DNA from: Cycas panzhihuaensis
Taxonomy: Eukaryota; Plantae; Cycadophyta
Assembly: GCA_023213395.1 (NCBI GenBank)
Contig: CM041465.1
Location: 77,383,741-77,447,740, forward strand
Direction: 5' to 3'
DNA: 64,000 nt
The translations under genes and the position numbers were made by a program. This document shows, piece by piece, positions 12,679 through 27,264 of the stretch. Below the pieces are notes generated by a model, which was not told the origin of the DNA, did no database searches, and saw only the letters and a program-made list of their open reading frames with translations. Each line of letters begins with the position of its first letter. Position 1 is the first letter of the stretch.

Positions 12679-13170
12679 TATTAAAATTTATAATTACGCC
12701 CTAATGCCATATTAGAAATAGAGTATACCATAGTGAAATAGTAATATGTATGTATAATAGTAGAATAATTTTATGAGTTATGTACACATATAAAGGAATT
12801 GACATGAATATAAAATAAATAATACAGAGCATGCATCAAAAGAGAGACACCAAGATTTATATGTGGAAAATTCAATGTGGAAAAAATCATGGGAGAAAGT
12901 GGAGTTAGAATTCCTCTTAATAATTAGAATGATTAAATCTCTTTTTTCAATCCTTTCTTAAAGTATCAAGTGGCAAGTATACTTATTTATATTAATCTTC
13001 ACCTCATGAGTAGCCTATTATATGTCTTGAAGTTTTACATCATTCAATAGAATAATATCAGATATATATGCATGTTATATATTTTGATGAATATGAATAG
13101 TGGGATTGTATATGTGTATTTTTTAATAATATTAAATATTATATATGTGATTAATTTACAAATTCTAACA
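12679..13170 (-). repeat. 3' LTR of element A
   Basis: Aligns with 37810-38304 (e.g. atgagttatgtacacatataaag, gagagaca...gatttatatgtg, cctcatgagtagc); ends ...CTAACA next to the PPT. Confidence 0.85.
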
Positions 13171-13350
13171 TTCTCTCTTAATGTTTAATGTCTTCAAATC
13201 TTGGTGTTTATTTCTTCAAGTGTTCATCTCTTAGTCTTTAATTTATATATTGGATCTTATAGCCTATATCTGTAACATGTTACATCACTTGTAACTTGTA
13301 CTCTATGAATGTCCATCATCCATCATGTTTGTCAATAGGTGTTTATTTCA

Positions 13351-16300
13351 TTTTTTTTTTTTTGATAAGGTAAAATTAAATTAAAGGGGTTTTAACTAGG
13401 TCCCCAAACCTTTTCCATCACATCAAATAGTACATATCAGTTTGACCATGACAAGCCCATGGTCTAGCCCAGAATAAGAGAGAAACCTCTCAGACTAATC
13501 TATCCGCTCCAAAGATATGCATCTTTCCTTACCAGTCTCAGTAACTCTACCGGGAATTCCTCCTTCCAAACCATGGCTCTCTTATTTGCCACCGCCCAAT
13601 TTGCCAACCAATCACCACAGATTCCCTCCTCAGAAATGTGTTGAATCTGGACTTCACTGTTTGTCTCCAATTCCTCTTGCACATCTTTGACAATATCTAC
13701 ATTGTGCCATCCTGGGTCCACTTCCCCCCTTAAACAGCTTATCACATACAAGGAGTCCCCTTCGATGACTACCTTTTGGGGCCCTTCCTTGCCTAAAAGA
13801 GCTACCACCCTCTGCATAGCCCACATCTCTGCTCTTTGATTCGTTTGAATCCCAAAGTAATCCGCAAAGGCCCACCTTAGCTTTCTCAAGTGGTCCCTGC
13901 ATAGGCCACCCCCCCTGCCTCACCAGGGTTGCCTTTAGCAGCGCCATCAAAGTTTATTTTGACCCAGGAGAGGTCTGGGGGGGACCACTTTGTTTCTGGC
14001 CTCGTCGCTCTATCCCGTATCGGGAGGCCTACCCCCCAATTCTCTAGAATACCTTCTTCCTCCTTTGCCAGGTTATCCTCCTTAGGAGGAGACAACGTTT
14101 CAATGATGCCCTTCCTGATTTCCTCAGCCAGGGCCACCCTATCTGTTTCCTTTCCTTCAAATATTCTCCTGTTACATTCTTTCTAGATGATTCAGGATCC
14201 GACCGGAAGGATCATCTTCCAGATTCTAGTCAATGTTTTACTCTTAAATGGAGAGACCCAGGCGTTCCATTGATCTCTCAGAGATCTAGAGGAGACCCAT
14301 ACCAAACCCATCCTTCCCCATATGACGTTCTAAACACCAATGGAATAAGGGCAGTGAATATAGAGATGATCTAGTGTCTCTACATCCTCTTTACAAAGCA
14401 CACACCTATTGACCACCTGTATGCCCCTCCTCATAAGATTGTCCAGAGTGAGGATTTTATTCTGCACAGACCACCGTAAAAGTCGCTATCTTCTAAGGAT
14501 CCCCAACTTCCAGACTCCAGCCAGCATATCATTCCTGGTCCAGCCTTCCCTGGTAACCAACAAATTATACCCATCTTTGACCATATATGAACCCCTAGAT
14601 GATATAGGCCAAATCAACATATCAAGGGAAGGCCTCTTCGGGATATACTGGTTGTCCAAAACCCTCTTCACCCTCTGGACCTCCTCTTCGAAACCTTGCA
14701 CCTCCTCAAATGATCTCCATTGCCTGTCCTTATGCTGCCCAGTCCAATAATGCTTAACTAAGTTCCCATAGCGGGCCTCGCAGACCCTCTTCATAGCTCC
14801 AATATTAGGTAGATCCTCTATCTTAGAGGGGCCGCTCCATTTATCTTCCCAGAACCTTATGCTCTCTCCATTCCCCAACTTCCATCGCACTCCTTCTTGC
14901 AGGATAAACCTGCGGAGTAGATGGCTTTCCAAATTGGTGAACCCTCGGAACAAGGGGCCTCCCCCACCAAGAAATGATCACCTCTAAGGTATTTTCTTGT
15001 CAAGATACTCCCCCACACCGAGTCAACTTCCTTAGTGAGCCTCCATCCTGTCTTGGCCAGTAGCGCTGTGTTGAATAGGCCCAGTCTTCTAACATTGAGC
15101 CCTCCCGCCCATCTAGGTTTACACACTTTCTCCCAAGACACTAAGTGGAATCTCTTTTTAACTTCTGCCCCACACCAAAGAAATCTCCTCATAATACCCT
15201 CTAGTGTAGAGGTAACCTTGTCCGGCAGTTTGAAGACAGATATCTGGTATACAGGGATACTCTGGAGGGAGGCGACCACTAGCTGGATTTTCCTGGCTCA
15301 GCTAAGAAGTGCCTCTTTCCACCCTTCCAGTTTCCTATTGAATCTGCTCACTACAGAGTCCCACAGGGTCTTCCTCCCCCTCCCCACAAAGAGGGGCATA
15401 CCCAGATATGAAGTCGAGAGGGATCTGTAGGGGATCCCCAAGATCCTACTGATCCTCCTTTAGTGCCTGTCCGGAGTGTTGATGAAGAAAACTGAGCTCT
15501 TCTCCAGATTGATTTTCTGGTTGGTAGCTTTTTCAGACACCAAGGCCTTCTTTAAATGCCCTTACCTCCTCTAAGGATGCCTTGCCCAAGAAGATATTGT
15601 CATCCACAAACTGATGGAGAACAACGTTATCCAGAATAGAGGTAGCCTTCAGGCCATTAATCCATCCCAACCTCTGGGCCTCCAAAGTAGCTCTCCCTAA
15701 CAGCTCATCCATAATTATGAACAGAAAGGGTGAGAGGGGGTTGCCTTGTCTTAATCCCCTAAAACCAGGCATGAATGGGGTTGATCTCCCATTTATGATC
15801 ACTGAGAACGAAACCCTGGAGAAGTAGCACTTCATCCAGTCCCTCCAGACCTCCCCAAAACCAAATGCTTTTAGGCAGTCCATAAGGCAATCCTAGGCCA
15901 CCCTGTCGTAGGCCTTGGACATATCAATTTTGATAATCATCCCTGCTTCCTTCCTCTGAAAGGTCGAATGCAAAGTTTCGTGGACTGTAATAATGCCATC
16001 CATAATTTGCCTTCCCTTAACAAAGCCATCTTGATTTTGTGATATGATAGCAGGGAGGATCTCCCTTAAACGTTTGCTAGGACTTTCGCCAGAATCTTAT
16101 ATTTAACATTGCATAGACTAATTGGCCTGAAATCCTCCATCGCTTCCGCTCCCTCCTTCTTTGGTATCAGTACTAGGAAGGTAGCCTGCCACTCTTTCAG
16201 GATGGTCCGTCTAAGGAAGAATTCATTTAACGCTGATAATAAATCTTCCTTTATAAGCTCCCAGTAGTCCTGGAAAAAACCTGGTGGGAACCCATCCGGT

Positions 16301-16550
16301 CCAGGTGCCTTATCTCTACCCATACTAAATAGAGCAAGCTCGACTTCTTTCTGAGAAAATGGCTTTGTCAACTTGTTGTTTATCGTCTCAGAGATCACTT
16401 TCAGGATGAGATGCAGAAGACTTTCCCTAAGCCCTGGATCCTGGCATCCAGGCTCTACGAAAAGATCCTTAAAATAATCCATCGTGATGCCACCAAACTG
16501 ATCCTCTGACTCATGTAGCACCCCATCCTTACTACGGAGTTTATTCATCA
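13351..16550 (-). mobile_element. L1-1: 5'-truncated L1-clade LINE (RT, zf-RVT, RNase H)
   Basis: Poly(A) tail seen as T13 at 13351-13363. Motifs 'KAPGPDGF', 'FRPISLCN', 'GLRQGNPLSPFLF', 'HQFVDD' and RNase H 'KINFDGAAKGNPG...EGDS'. Candidate TSD TTCATT (13347-13352 / 16551-16556). Confidence 0.95.
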
Positions 16551-19218
16551 TTCATTAAAAACTATTTAAATAATCAAGTGATTTGTTCATTTAACTTGTG
16601 ATGTAAATTTTACTAAATCAAATATGATTTTCTAATGGGAAATTTTCATGTTCAACATTTTAAAAATCTTTCGTATCAAATGCATATCAAATATTTTTTA
16701 CTTCATAAAATTTTAAATATGATTTAAGCCTTCAAATATCATAAATGAGTTATAAATTAATCACTTTTAAATGAATTTTTTTTTTCATCTTTTATCAATA
16801 AAAAATAAATGTACCATTATGTTTAGAGCCTTTGAAAGCTTTATAATATATTAATTTTTTTTTGATAAAGGTAGAATACATCTTTTATGAGGTTTTGGGC
16901 ACTTTTATCAACTTTACCTTTTATTTTCTCTATCTTCTATTAATTAAAATATGTCATGTGACAATTCATTTAGATCAACTTGAAGTTCTCTTTTGAATGC
17001 AACTAATAACACCTGATTCTAATATTATTGTGAAAAGTTGTGGTCAAACAAGTGCTAGTATATCATAAAAAATATTTGATCTTTAATAAACTAAAATTTA
17101 GATTTAATATCAATTTTTTAATTAAATTTATATTTATAAAAATAATTTAATTTGGTTTATTTTATTTTGAAAATTTCCTTTTTATAGATAAGCCCTTGGT
17201 CATGTAGCTTGGCCATGTGACTTGTTACAGAGATGAGAGGGGCTTACCAAATTTAACTAATTATTAAATATAATTAAATTTTTAAAAAATATTGTATTTT
17301 TTTTATTATGTTAAAAAATATTTTGCATGCAAATTTGTTCAGATATAAATTTCTTTGATGTTCTTCTAATTATCTTTTCTTGCAAGGGTTTTATGGTTAG
17401 ATTTTGTTATTTATCAATAATGAGGGCTTTTTATGGACATTTCTCTCGTAGGTGTAGATCAAGTATTCGTCAATGGATGATGTGTTCTTTATATTTGAGT
17501 TATGACACATATAAGCATATGTGTGATGGTTATTATATTATTCATGGGTAACTACATTCAATAACTTCTCTTTAAGGGTTGGATTTCTCTATATACCTGA
17601 CATACAAGGAATCCATATTACTATTTCCATTAGATTTTGTATTATTCATGGATGATTAAGGAATAGAAGGTTTTATTGCTATGGATCCAAAGATGGGGCC
17701 AGTATACATAAATTTATTCAATGCCCTTATAGATTCTACGATGTCTATGGTGTATTTACTTAGATATAACGATGCACCTATATAGATTCATTGATTGTAT
17801 ACTCCAATGGGTGAACAAATGTCTTTATACTATTCATCGTGTTTCTTTAGCTTTTTATCTAGTAAAACCTATTCTGATTGAATGTTGTGATTCCATTATT
17901 TATGGACAAACCTTCTCTTTGTGCTTTATGAGTAGACAGATTGAAATTGTTTATTTGACTATCCAATAGAAATGGTTGATTAGGTTAATTTATGCTTGGT
18001 TGTCTAGGCTAGTGACTATATTTTTCTTTTGTCTTTGTGATTCCTCCTCATTCTACACCTAACCTTGATCCAAATTTACAACCATCTCTAATACTGTGAG
18101 TATAATTATTTAGGCACACAATTAATCTTCATATACACTATCTATCATCCTTTATCATATGTGGACTTAGATACTCACATGCATGGTCATCACCATAACC
18201 TTTATTTCTTGCCTAGTAAATCAATCACTATTAAAATCATTATGTATGCCATAGAAATTATCTTAAATTTTCTCTTTTATGTCATAATATTATTCCATAA
18301 TTAAATCCTAGCTTGATATCTATTTGCCTATTTATATAATATATTTAATATATTTACCTTAAATAAATAATCAAGCCCATAGTAATGATGTCTTCATAAA
18401 TTTTATTTTTATCACTTTATCATAATTAGAATTTGCCCTCATATATTACATGCCATCAACATACCTTATTTTTATCATATATACTTATTATGTTTTACTA
18501 CTTGCCATACTGTATAGGCTTGTTGCCTATTTGTTGTCTCATTGATGAGGTAACAATTTCATTCTAATAGTGAATCTTTATTGTGAGATATTTGCAAAGG
18601 CCTTTTAAATGGTTTATTAGTGACAATGAATCCTTTAATAGGACACTCACAAATGTCTTCACTATGAACTAATAAATATTTTACTACCATACCTAAATAT
18701 ATTTGGGCTATTACTAATTATAAGATTTGGTGAGGTGTCCAATCTCATAAAATCTTGTTAATTTCTATAGGCAGACGAATTATATTAGTAAATTCAATTG
18801 TCAATGGTTTCTCTTATTTAGTTGACTATTTTCAATACCTGCATGCTCTATAGAATGTATGTATAACATGACAAAATAATGTCCACATAAAATCAATATA
18901 GCATACCATCAGTATTTTATTTCATTTGTTGTATGTAGTTTTATCTGCATTCATTTGTCTTGTGTTTTTTTTTTAATATGTGGCTTCATCTTATTGAAAT
19001 AACTTGGTTTATGTTTTATTAGGAAAAGTGGTAATGCACATTTGTGAAAGTAATTTTATTATAATATTAGTATTTTATGGTGGGTCCTATGCATATCCAA
19101 GTTATGTATTATAAATACACATCCAATGTATCATATGAAGTATAATTGATATAACAATGTTCTTATGGTCTTAATCAAAGCTAAGATATTTTAAGGGTAC
19201 CATTATGATCTTAGTGGT

Positions 19219-19774
19219 TGTAGCAATCTTACAAAAGTCTTCTAAGAAATTTTATAAAAATAGGCAAAATATCCACCAAATACACTTGCAAAATATTCAA
19301 TCAAGAGAGAAATAATACAAATCCACTCAAATACTTATGACATACAAATATAAAGTGGTATGAAATGAATATAAACTAAATAGATATAAGATTATCAAAT
19401 GACTCTGCAATTATTGTTGATAATTAATCCCTCTTCAAGGCGAGGTTCCCTCCATAATACTCCCAAAAGGGCCAAAAATACTATAGTCCAAGACTTCTCC
19501 AATGATGATGAAATGAGGCTTTAAATCCTCCTTAAATAGAAAGCCAAAGGATAGCAATAGAAGTCAACCAGAAAAGATAATATTCTTCTTAATACTGTTC
19601 GCATAGAAGTCAGCTAGAACTTCACCAAAAACTGGCAAGCTAACTTTAAATGGTCATAACTTTTGATATAGATGTCAGAATTAGCTTTTGTCTAGACCGT
19701 TAGAATTGTCGTTCAGAGACCTTTAATTTGAATGGTCATAAGCTATATTTATGACTATATTTAGTAATGCTACA
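19219..19774 (-). repeat. 3' LTR of G2
   Basis: TGTAGCAAT...ATGCTACA; roughly 90% identical by eye to 24323-24878. Confidence 0.95.
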
Positions 19775-22700
19775 TGTCTTCCCCCCTCAAAATATGCTTT
19801 GTCCTTAAAGCATGGGTAAATTTTGGTACTGCTATATCCATTCTTCAGATTTCCATGTGGCTTCATTATTATCCATTGCTTTCCATTTGATAAGGTGTTC
19901 TGTGATTTCATGAGAATGTAACCTTTTAGTACATTTATGAAGGATACTTTTTGGTTCAACTAATAGTCCTCCTTTCTCATCTAATATTAGAAGTTCTATC
20001 TAGATTGGTACCTTTTCTCTTAACTTCCTCTTAAGGTAAGAAACGTGGATTGTATTGTGTATTTAGCAATCTGGGGGAAGCTCTAATTTGTAGGCTACAT
20101 CTCCAATTTTAGCCAAGATTTTATAGGGTCCAAAAAATTTTAGTTGAAGTTTATTTTTTCCTATTTGTTTTAGGCTATTCTACTTGTAGGGTTGTAATCA
20201 CAGAAAAACCCAGTCTCCTACCTTGAATGAACACTCTATTCTTTGAAGGCCAGCTTGTTGCTTCATTTGATTATGAGCTAAGTTCAAGTTATCTTTTAAG
20301 GTATCTAGTATATGCTTTGATTGTTGGTGATACTCTTTGATTGATTGTACTTTGGATGGCTGGGTTCAATTAAGAATGGATGGTGGTTCAAATCCATATA
20401 ATGCTTGAAAAGGAGACATCCTGGCAGAAGTGTGGTAAATTGTATTGTACCACCATTTTATTAAATAAAGCCATTTGAGCCATTGGAGTGGGCTTTGAGT
20501 GGTAAAATTACGTAGATACCCCACTATGTATTTATTTATGGATTTTGTTTGACCGTCTGATTGTGGATGATACATATAACTCGTATTAAGATTCGTATCT
20601 ATCAATCTAAACAATTCTTGCCAGAAATGATTAGTGAATTTGGGATCACAATCATTAACTATCACTTTTGGAAATCCATGGAGATGATATCTCCTTGATG
20701 AATAACTCTGTTATTTGAGGAGCTTTTGTTATTGCTTGAGTTTTCTTAAAATGTGCATATTTGGTTAGTCGATCCATAATAACAAAAATGGTATCCTTAC
20801 CTTCTGATTTTGGTAGCCCTGTGATAAAGTCCATAAATATCTCCTCCCATCTTTGTTTTAAAATCAGTAGAGGCTGAAGAAAATTTGGAGCTTTTACATT
20901 CTCTCATTTGTTTCTTTGGTAGTGATCACATTCTGCTACAAACTTCTGTATTTCTTCTTTCATTCATTTCTAAAAGAAATTTTTATGAATTTTACGATAA
21001 GTTTTGTCTACTCCTGTATGGCCTCCCACTGTGATGCATGGGCCTCCTCTAAGATCTTTGTTTTGATTGTCACTGTTACAGGCACTAGCATCTTACCTTT
21101 TCGCAAGATTAAATTTCCTTAGAGAGAGTACTTGGTATTAAGTCCTTCCTTGATTTCTTGCAGTGCCTTTTAAGAATGAGCATCCTCATCATAGCCTTTG
21201 ACTAGTTCCTCCATCCATGCTGGGTTAGTTATGGTAATGGATTTTAATGATGTTTTATCCTCTTCATGATCTTTTGCTATAGATTTTGATAATGCATTTA
21301 CTATGATGTTCTCATTTTCTTTCTTGTAAACTATTCAAAAGTCAAATGCTTGTAATCTACTCACCTACTTTTGTTGTTCATTTGTTAAAGATTTTTTATT
21401 CAGGAAATATTTTAAACTGTCATTATCAGTCTTGACAATAAATTTATTTCCTAGCAAATATTGTCACCACTATTGGATGGCATGCATAAAGGCTAGAATT
21501 TCTTTATCGTATATTGGTTTGAGGCACTCACGGCTATTGAGCTTACGACTTTCATATGCTAATGGTTGATCTTCTTATAATAAAACTGCTCCCAACCTAA
21601 AATTAGAGGCGTCACATTCAATAGTGAAGGGTTTTGAGAATTGTGGTAGTGCAAGGACTAGGGCTGTAGTCATAACTATCTTTAGTTGTTGGAATGTTTC
21701 TCTACTAATTGATCCCATTTAAATGCCTCTTTTCTTATCAAATATATTATTTGCACAACTATATGAGCATAACCCTTGATAAATTTGTGTACAAAATTGG
21801 TAGCTCCTAAGAATTCTTGAACTCCTGTAACATTCTTAGGTGTGGGCCAGTTGATAATTGCCTTGATCTTCTTTGGGTCAATTCGCACTCCTTTGGAAGA
21901 TATTATATACCCTAAATATTCTATCTCTATTTGACCAAATGTACATTTCTTTTTGTTTGCGAATAATTATTGACTGGAGGATGATCTGTATGTGTTGGAG
22001 ATGATCATGCCAAGAATGGCTATAGATTAGGATATCATAAAAAAAAAATAACATAAATTTTTGAATATACAGCATGAGGATCTGGTTCATCATATTTTGA
22101 AACATTGCGAGGGGCATTTGTTAGCCTAAAAGGCATAATCCAAAATTTAAATAGCCCTTCATGTGTATAAAAAGCTGTTTTATGTATGTCTTCCTCTTTG
22201 ATGTGAATCTAATAGTATTTGGAACGCAAATCAAATTTTGAGAACTTTGCTCCATGAAGTTCATCCAAAAGATCATTGATACGAGGAATCGGGTATCTAT
22301 TCTTGATCATTAATTTATTGAGAGGTTGATAATCTCCACACATATGATATGATCCATTTTTTTTCGTGTAATTAGAACTAGAGATGCGAAGGGCCTACTG
22401 CTTGGCACGATGATTCCTTGTTGGAGAAGATCTTGAGTGACATGTTCAATCTCTTATTTATGATGGAATGGGTGCCTATATGGCCTAATATTGACAGGGG
22501 TAGATTAAGGAATCAAATCAAGCACATGCTCATATCCATGATTAGGAGGAAGTTTAGGTGGTAGTTCTTAAAAAACCTTACTATATTGGTCAATTAGTTC
22601 TTATACCTCCATGGGAACTTCTTCTGTTACTATCTTATAATAGGAAATCATGAACAAGGTGGGATTTTTTTGAAGTATCGTTTTCATATGCTGAGATGAT

Positions 22701-24322
22701 ACCAATTATATTAGAGGAATGTTGGGAGCCTGTAGCTTGTACTTACATCCCTTTTGGTGAAAACACATAAATCATGTTTGAAAATTGGTAACAATATTTT
22801 CCAAGTTTTGAAGCTATTGTACTCCTAGAACCACGTCAACCTTGCCAATAGGCATGGTGAACATGTAAGATGTGGTTGAGTACTCTGCAATACGTAAGCT
22901 TATTTGCTAGCAATAACCACCACAAGGCATAGTCCTACCATTTGCTATTGCCACTTGGAATATATTAAGTAGCTTTACTGTGAGACCTAACTTTTCTACA
23001 GTAGGGCGATTTATGGAATTATGTGTACTACCACTATATACCAAAATAGAAACCTCTACATTTTTTATTAACACTCAAAATCTCAATGTTTGTGGCATGT
23101 GTGTCTCTCCAGTGATGGCTTGAAGTGATATCTAAACATTGTCTAGGTTGTATACAATAACTCCTCTATCTGGGCTTCGTCTTCTTAGACCAATGCTTCC
23201 TGTTCTGTAATTTCATCTATAGTTTCATCAAGGAGAGGGTCTTCTTCATTATTCATCATGAACATCTTCTTAGGAGGGAATCTATATTCCTGATTATACT
23301 TTCCTCTACAATGAAAACATGTTTCATTCTTGATGTGTTATGCTCTTGACATTTGCTCATCTTTTTTTTTCCCCCATAAGAGCACCAGCTTTAGTTCTAG
23401 ACAATGTCCAATTTGGATTAAGTTGTTAGCTAAGAGGTCTTTCAAACTCAGTTTAATGAATAAAACTTTGTCTTCCTTCTTTCAATTCTACTTCAATGTT
23501 CTTGGCATGGCATATGGAATCGATTAGGAATCTCACCTCTATGGTCTTTAATCGGTACCTGATATTATCTCGAAGATCTACTATGTATACTTCTACTAGT
23601 TGAGGTTTACTAATATGGGCATCCACCATACTATGAAGTGTTTAGAATTATTCAGTATAAGATTGTACTGTATTGACTTGCTATAACTTGGTAAGTTGGG
23701 TGAAATAATCCATTTTCATTGTATCTTCATATTGCTAGAATAGAGACTTATGAAAAAAAATCCAATTGTAGTGGATTGTTCCCTCGTAATTTCTTTGCCA
23801 CCAGTGAAAAAATTGTAAGGCTTTTTCATATAAGTGCAACACCGCCACCACTAATTTTTTTTTATTAGTTAAAGGGGTGGTTTTAAAGTAGACCTCTATT
23901 TGCATCACCCAACTATGAATATCTTGGGATCTATCTAGGTCAAACTTTTCTAGCTGAAATTTAGTTTCCTTAAGATCGAGCCCAATCTGATCTCCTGAGT
24001 ATTCCCCTTCTTCTTGGCTTTGCTCCTCTTCTTCAGCTCTGTTTTGAAATCTAATTTTTTTTTTTTGGAGTCAATAGAATATCATAAATTTCTTGTATAT
24101 CCGATTTCAATTCCTTGTATTGGGTTTGCATTAGTGTGATACTACTATCCAAATGGTCCACCCTTTTTGACACGCCCTCAATTCCCTAGGAGGCCTAGGG
24201 CACCATTTTTTCTATTATGATCTTTTTTGATCTTAACTCTATTTTATTGGGAAAACTTTTTCTTAGATATTTCTTGCAAAGACATGCTAAATACCTGCTT
24301 TGAACAAGGCTCTAATACCACT

Positions 24323-24878
24323 TGTAGTAATATTACATAAGTCTTCTAAGAAATTTTACAAAAATAAATAAAATATCCACCAAATACACTTACAAAATAT
24401 TCAATCAAGAGAGAAATAATATAAATCCACTTAAATACTTATGACATATAAATATAAAGTGGTATGAAATGAATATAAACTAAATAGATACAAGATTATC
24501 AAATGACTCCACAATTATTGTTGATAATGAATCCCTCTTTGAGGTGAGGTGCCCTCCACAATGCTCCCAAAAGGCCCGAAAATACTGTAGTCTAAGACTT
24601 CTTTGATGATGATGAAATGAGGCTGTAAATCCTCTTTAAATAGGAAGCCAAAGGATAGCAATAGAAGTTGGCCAGAAAAGATGATATTCTTCTTAATACT
24701 GCTCAAATAGAAGTCAGATAGAACTTCACCAAAACCTAGCAAGCTAACTTTAAATGGTCATAACTTTTGATACAGATGTCAGAATTAACTTTCATTTAGA
24801 CCGTTGGAATTGTTGTTTAGAGAATTTTAATTTGAATGGTCATATGTTATATTTATGACCATATTTAAGAATGCTACA
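24323..24878 (-). repeat. 5' LTR of G2
   Basis: TGTAGTAAT...ATGCTACA, adjacent to the PBS. Confidence 0.95.
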
Positions 24879-25187
24879 ATGGTGGTGGTTGTTTCTTTTA
24901 TTTATGCATTATTATTTTCTATTAATATTATTTTTTATTAATTTCATTTTTTTATATGATATCAAAGCCAACATGAAGTTAGAGCCTCATTGGGAGAATT
25001 TGATCTATTGAAAGTTGTGTTATTTGCTAATTTGCTTATTGAAACCCTAGTTCTATTGATGTGTGAGAGATAGCTTCATAGATCCCATTGCTAAGTTTTC
25101 AGTTGTATTTGTGACATCATGGTGTTTAACATGAAGTCCTAACCCTATTTAGATATCATTTTGGTGTCATTCATTTTCATTTGTTCA

Positions 25188-25284
25188 ACCCTATTTATGC
25201 TATTCAATATCATTCATAAGTCCATTTAAAAGTTCACCCTATTTATGCTATTCAGTATCATTCATAAGTCCATTTAAAAGTTCA
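25188..25284. repeat. 48-bp tandem duplication in the leader of B
   Basis: accctatttatgctattca(a/g)tatcattcataagtccatttaaaagttc at 25188 and 25236, one mismatch. Confidence 0.9.
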
Positions 25285-26529
25285 TTTGATATAGTTGTAT
25301 GTATATGCCCTCTTTTATTTGCATGATTGCTATTGTGGATACCCTATTACACTAGTGACTATTTTGCCTATAGGCATTTAAGTGAAGAGATATTCATTTA
25401 TCAATCTATTTTTAAGGAAACTTTACCTTATTTATAGTTATTATCTACATATATTGATTGTATATTGTGTGCCTGTTATTACCTTATGTGATATATTACA
25501 AGATTATTAAAGCTCCCTTGTTGTTATCATTACTTATTTTTTGTGAGAAGACATCACCCTTTGTCAAGTCTATGCTAAACCTTAAGTGGTTGGTACTCCA
25601 TTATGTTATTATCTATACCTATTAATCATAGTTAAAATTCTATTATTTATCTATTCATTGTTTGTTATTAAAATATTAGCACCATTTAAGACTACGAAGA
25701 CTAGTTAAGCTCTGATTGAGTAATCCCTTGTGAAGAGTTTTCATTTGGTAAATAGTTGATAGTTTATGCGTAGTTCTCTATGTGATTTAACCTATGTTCC
25801 TCTTCCATTGATCTTTATTGATACACCTCTGCATAAGATTATTAAGTACAAAATCTATTAATGCCATCTACCTAGCTTGGTTGAGTAAGCTCCTTAGTCA
25901 TATGAGGAGCTTGTGACTGGTGGATAACTAGTTAAGGGGTTAAAATCTTAAACTTATATTCTTTTTAATTTTTTAATTTTTTAATAAATAGATATTTATA
26001 TATTTTTTTAATATCTTGAGTTCTATGAGTTTATTTTTTAAATTTTTTAAAACATTGGAATTTTGACTCAGAGATGGTTATTTTGGTATATGGTTTGATA
26101 TGTTTTGGTGTTCTTTTCATATAAAAAAATTAGCCTAAAGTTGAGCCTTTGTTCTAAATCTCTACATGGTAACCAATACCTTTTACATCATATTTTTGCC
26201 TATTTATTAACCCCAAGGCAACTAAAGTTTAAACCTTAGAAGGCTACTGTAAAATATTTATAAAGAAATTTATTGTAATTTGTATATTAAGTCTTATAAA
26301 GTACTATGAGGTAGAAGGAGGTCTTAAAATCAAGGATAGGGTTGCAATCATCTTACTGACAAATTTGTATGACTATGTGATCCATCTTATATGCATTTGA
26401 GATGAATTTTTCACTATTGGTTATTTATATGATCATTAAGAAGGAGGTCCTAAACTTGAGAGATATAGGTTGATATATCTTAAATATGATGTGATCTATG
26501 CTGATGGTTGATTAATTTTCATCTACAAG

Positions 26530-26900
26530 ATGGCTTTTTTTTAAGATTTTCTAAGTTTATTAAAATTAGTAAGGTTCAATAGGAAAAATTATTTAGAGTG
26601 GTCAAGAGGCATGAAATCTTGATTGATTTCAAATGATTTATGGGATTTTGTTTCTCAAGGATATAAAGTTTTGATACCTATTTATCCTATTACTCAGTTA
26701 ACACCTGATTGAGAAAAGTAAAAGGAGGAACTTAAAATAAAAGATAGCAGCACACTTTCTTGGATCTATTCTACTTTAAATAATGATGGAATATACCATG
26801 CATATATTAATGTTGTTAAGAAAATATGGGATCTTTCGAAACATAAGTTTGATCCAAGATTAAAGAGAAAATATAGGTTTCTTTAACATTTGTTCAAGTA
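26530..26900 (+). pseudogene. Degenerate copia-type gag N-terminus of element B
   Basis: 'MAFF*DFLSLLKLVRFNRKNYLEWSRGMKS*LISNDLWDFVSQGY...KIKDSSTLSWI', resembling the DUF4219/UBN2 region. Confidence 0.75.
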
Positions 26901-27264
26901 GATTTATAACATTGAGATTCTCAAGTAAATATAGTTCATCTTAAGAAGGTATATCAAGAATATACTGAGAATGCATGTTAAGAATACGATGAAAAGGTTT
27001 GTCAAGAGAACATGGTTAAAAATATTATTGATAAAAATACTACTAAATTTAAAGAGACTATTATTGAATACATTATTGAATCTGATGAGACTATTGATGA
27101 AATTATTACTATTATGAGTGTGATGAATTTATTAGTATTATTAGATGTAAAGAATCTATTAATGACTATGATTAAGTAATTTAATATATTAATTTTTTTA
27201 GATGTTCTTGTTATTTTAAAGTAGATTACACTTAAAGTTGAAGATGAATTAAATTAAGTCATAA

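Larger units (their letters stand above)
19219..24878 (-). mobile_element. G2: full-length degenerate Reina-like chromovirus (Ty3/gypsy)
   Basis: 556-bp TG...CA LTRs; TSD gtggt/atggt; PBS TGGTATTAGAGC (24309-24320); PPT GAGGGGGGAAG (~19778-19788). RT/RNase H 21270-22500; integrase 'YHPQSDGQT...MSPFQALYG' (20366-20665); chromodomain 'WKAMDNNEATW' (~19850-19890), with the ORF running into the PPT. Confidence 0.95.

Noticed and set aside
13500-14137. RNase H in L1 ORF2 as a novelty
   Set aside because: It is a known feature of plant L1 lineages.
16855-16925. Poly(T)+GATAAAGGTAG resembling a fourth L1 or SINE tail
   Set aside because: Similarity is only about 12 bp, with no TSD or downstream homology.
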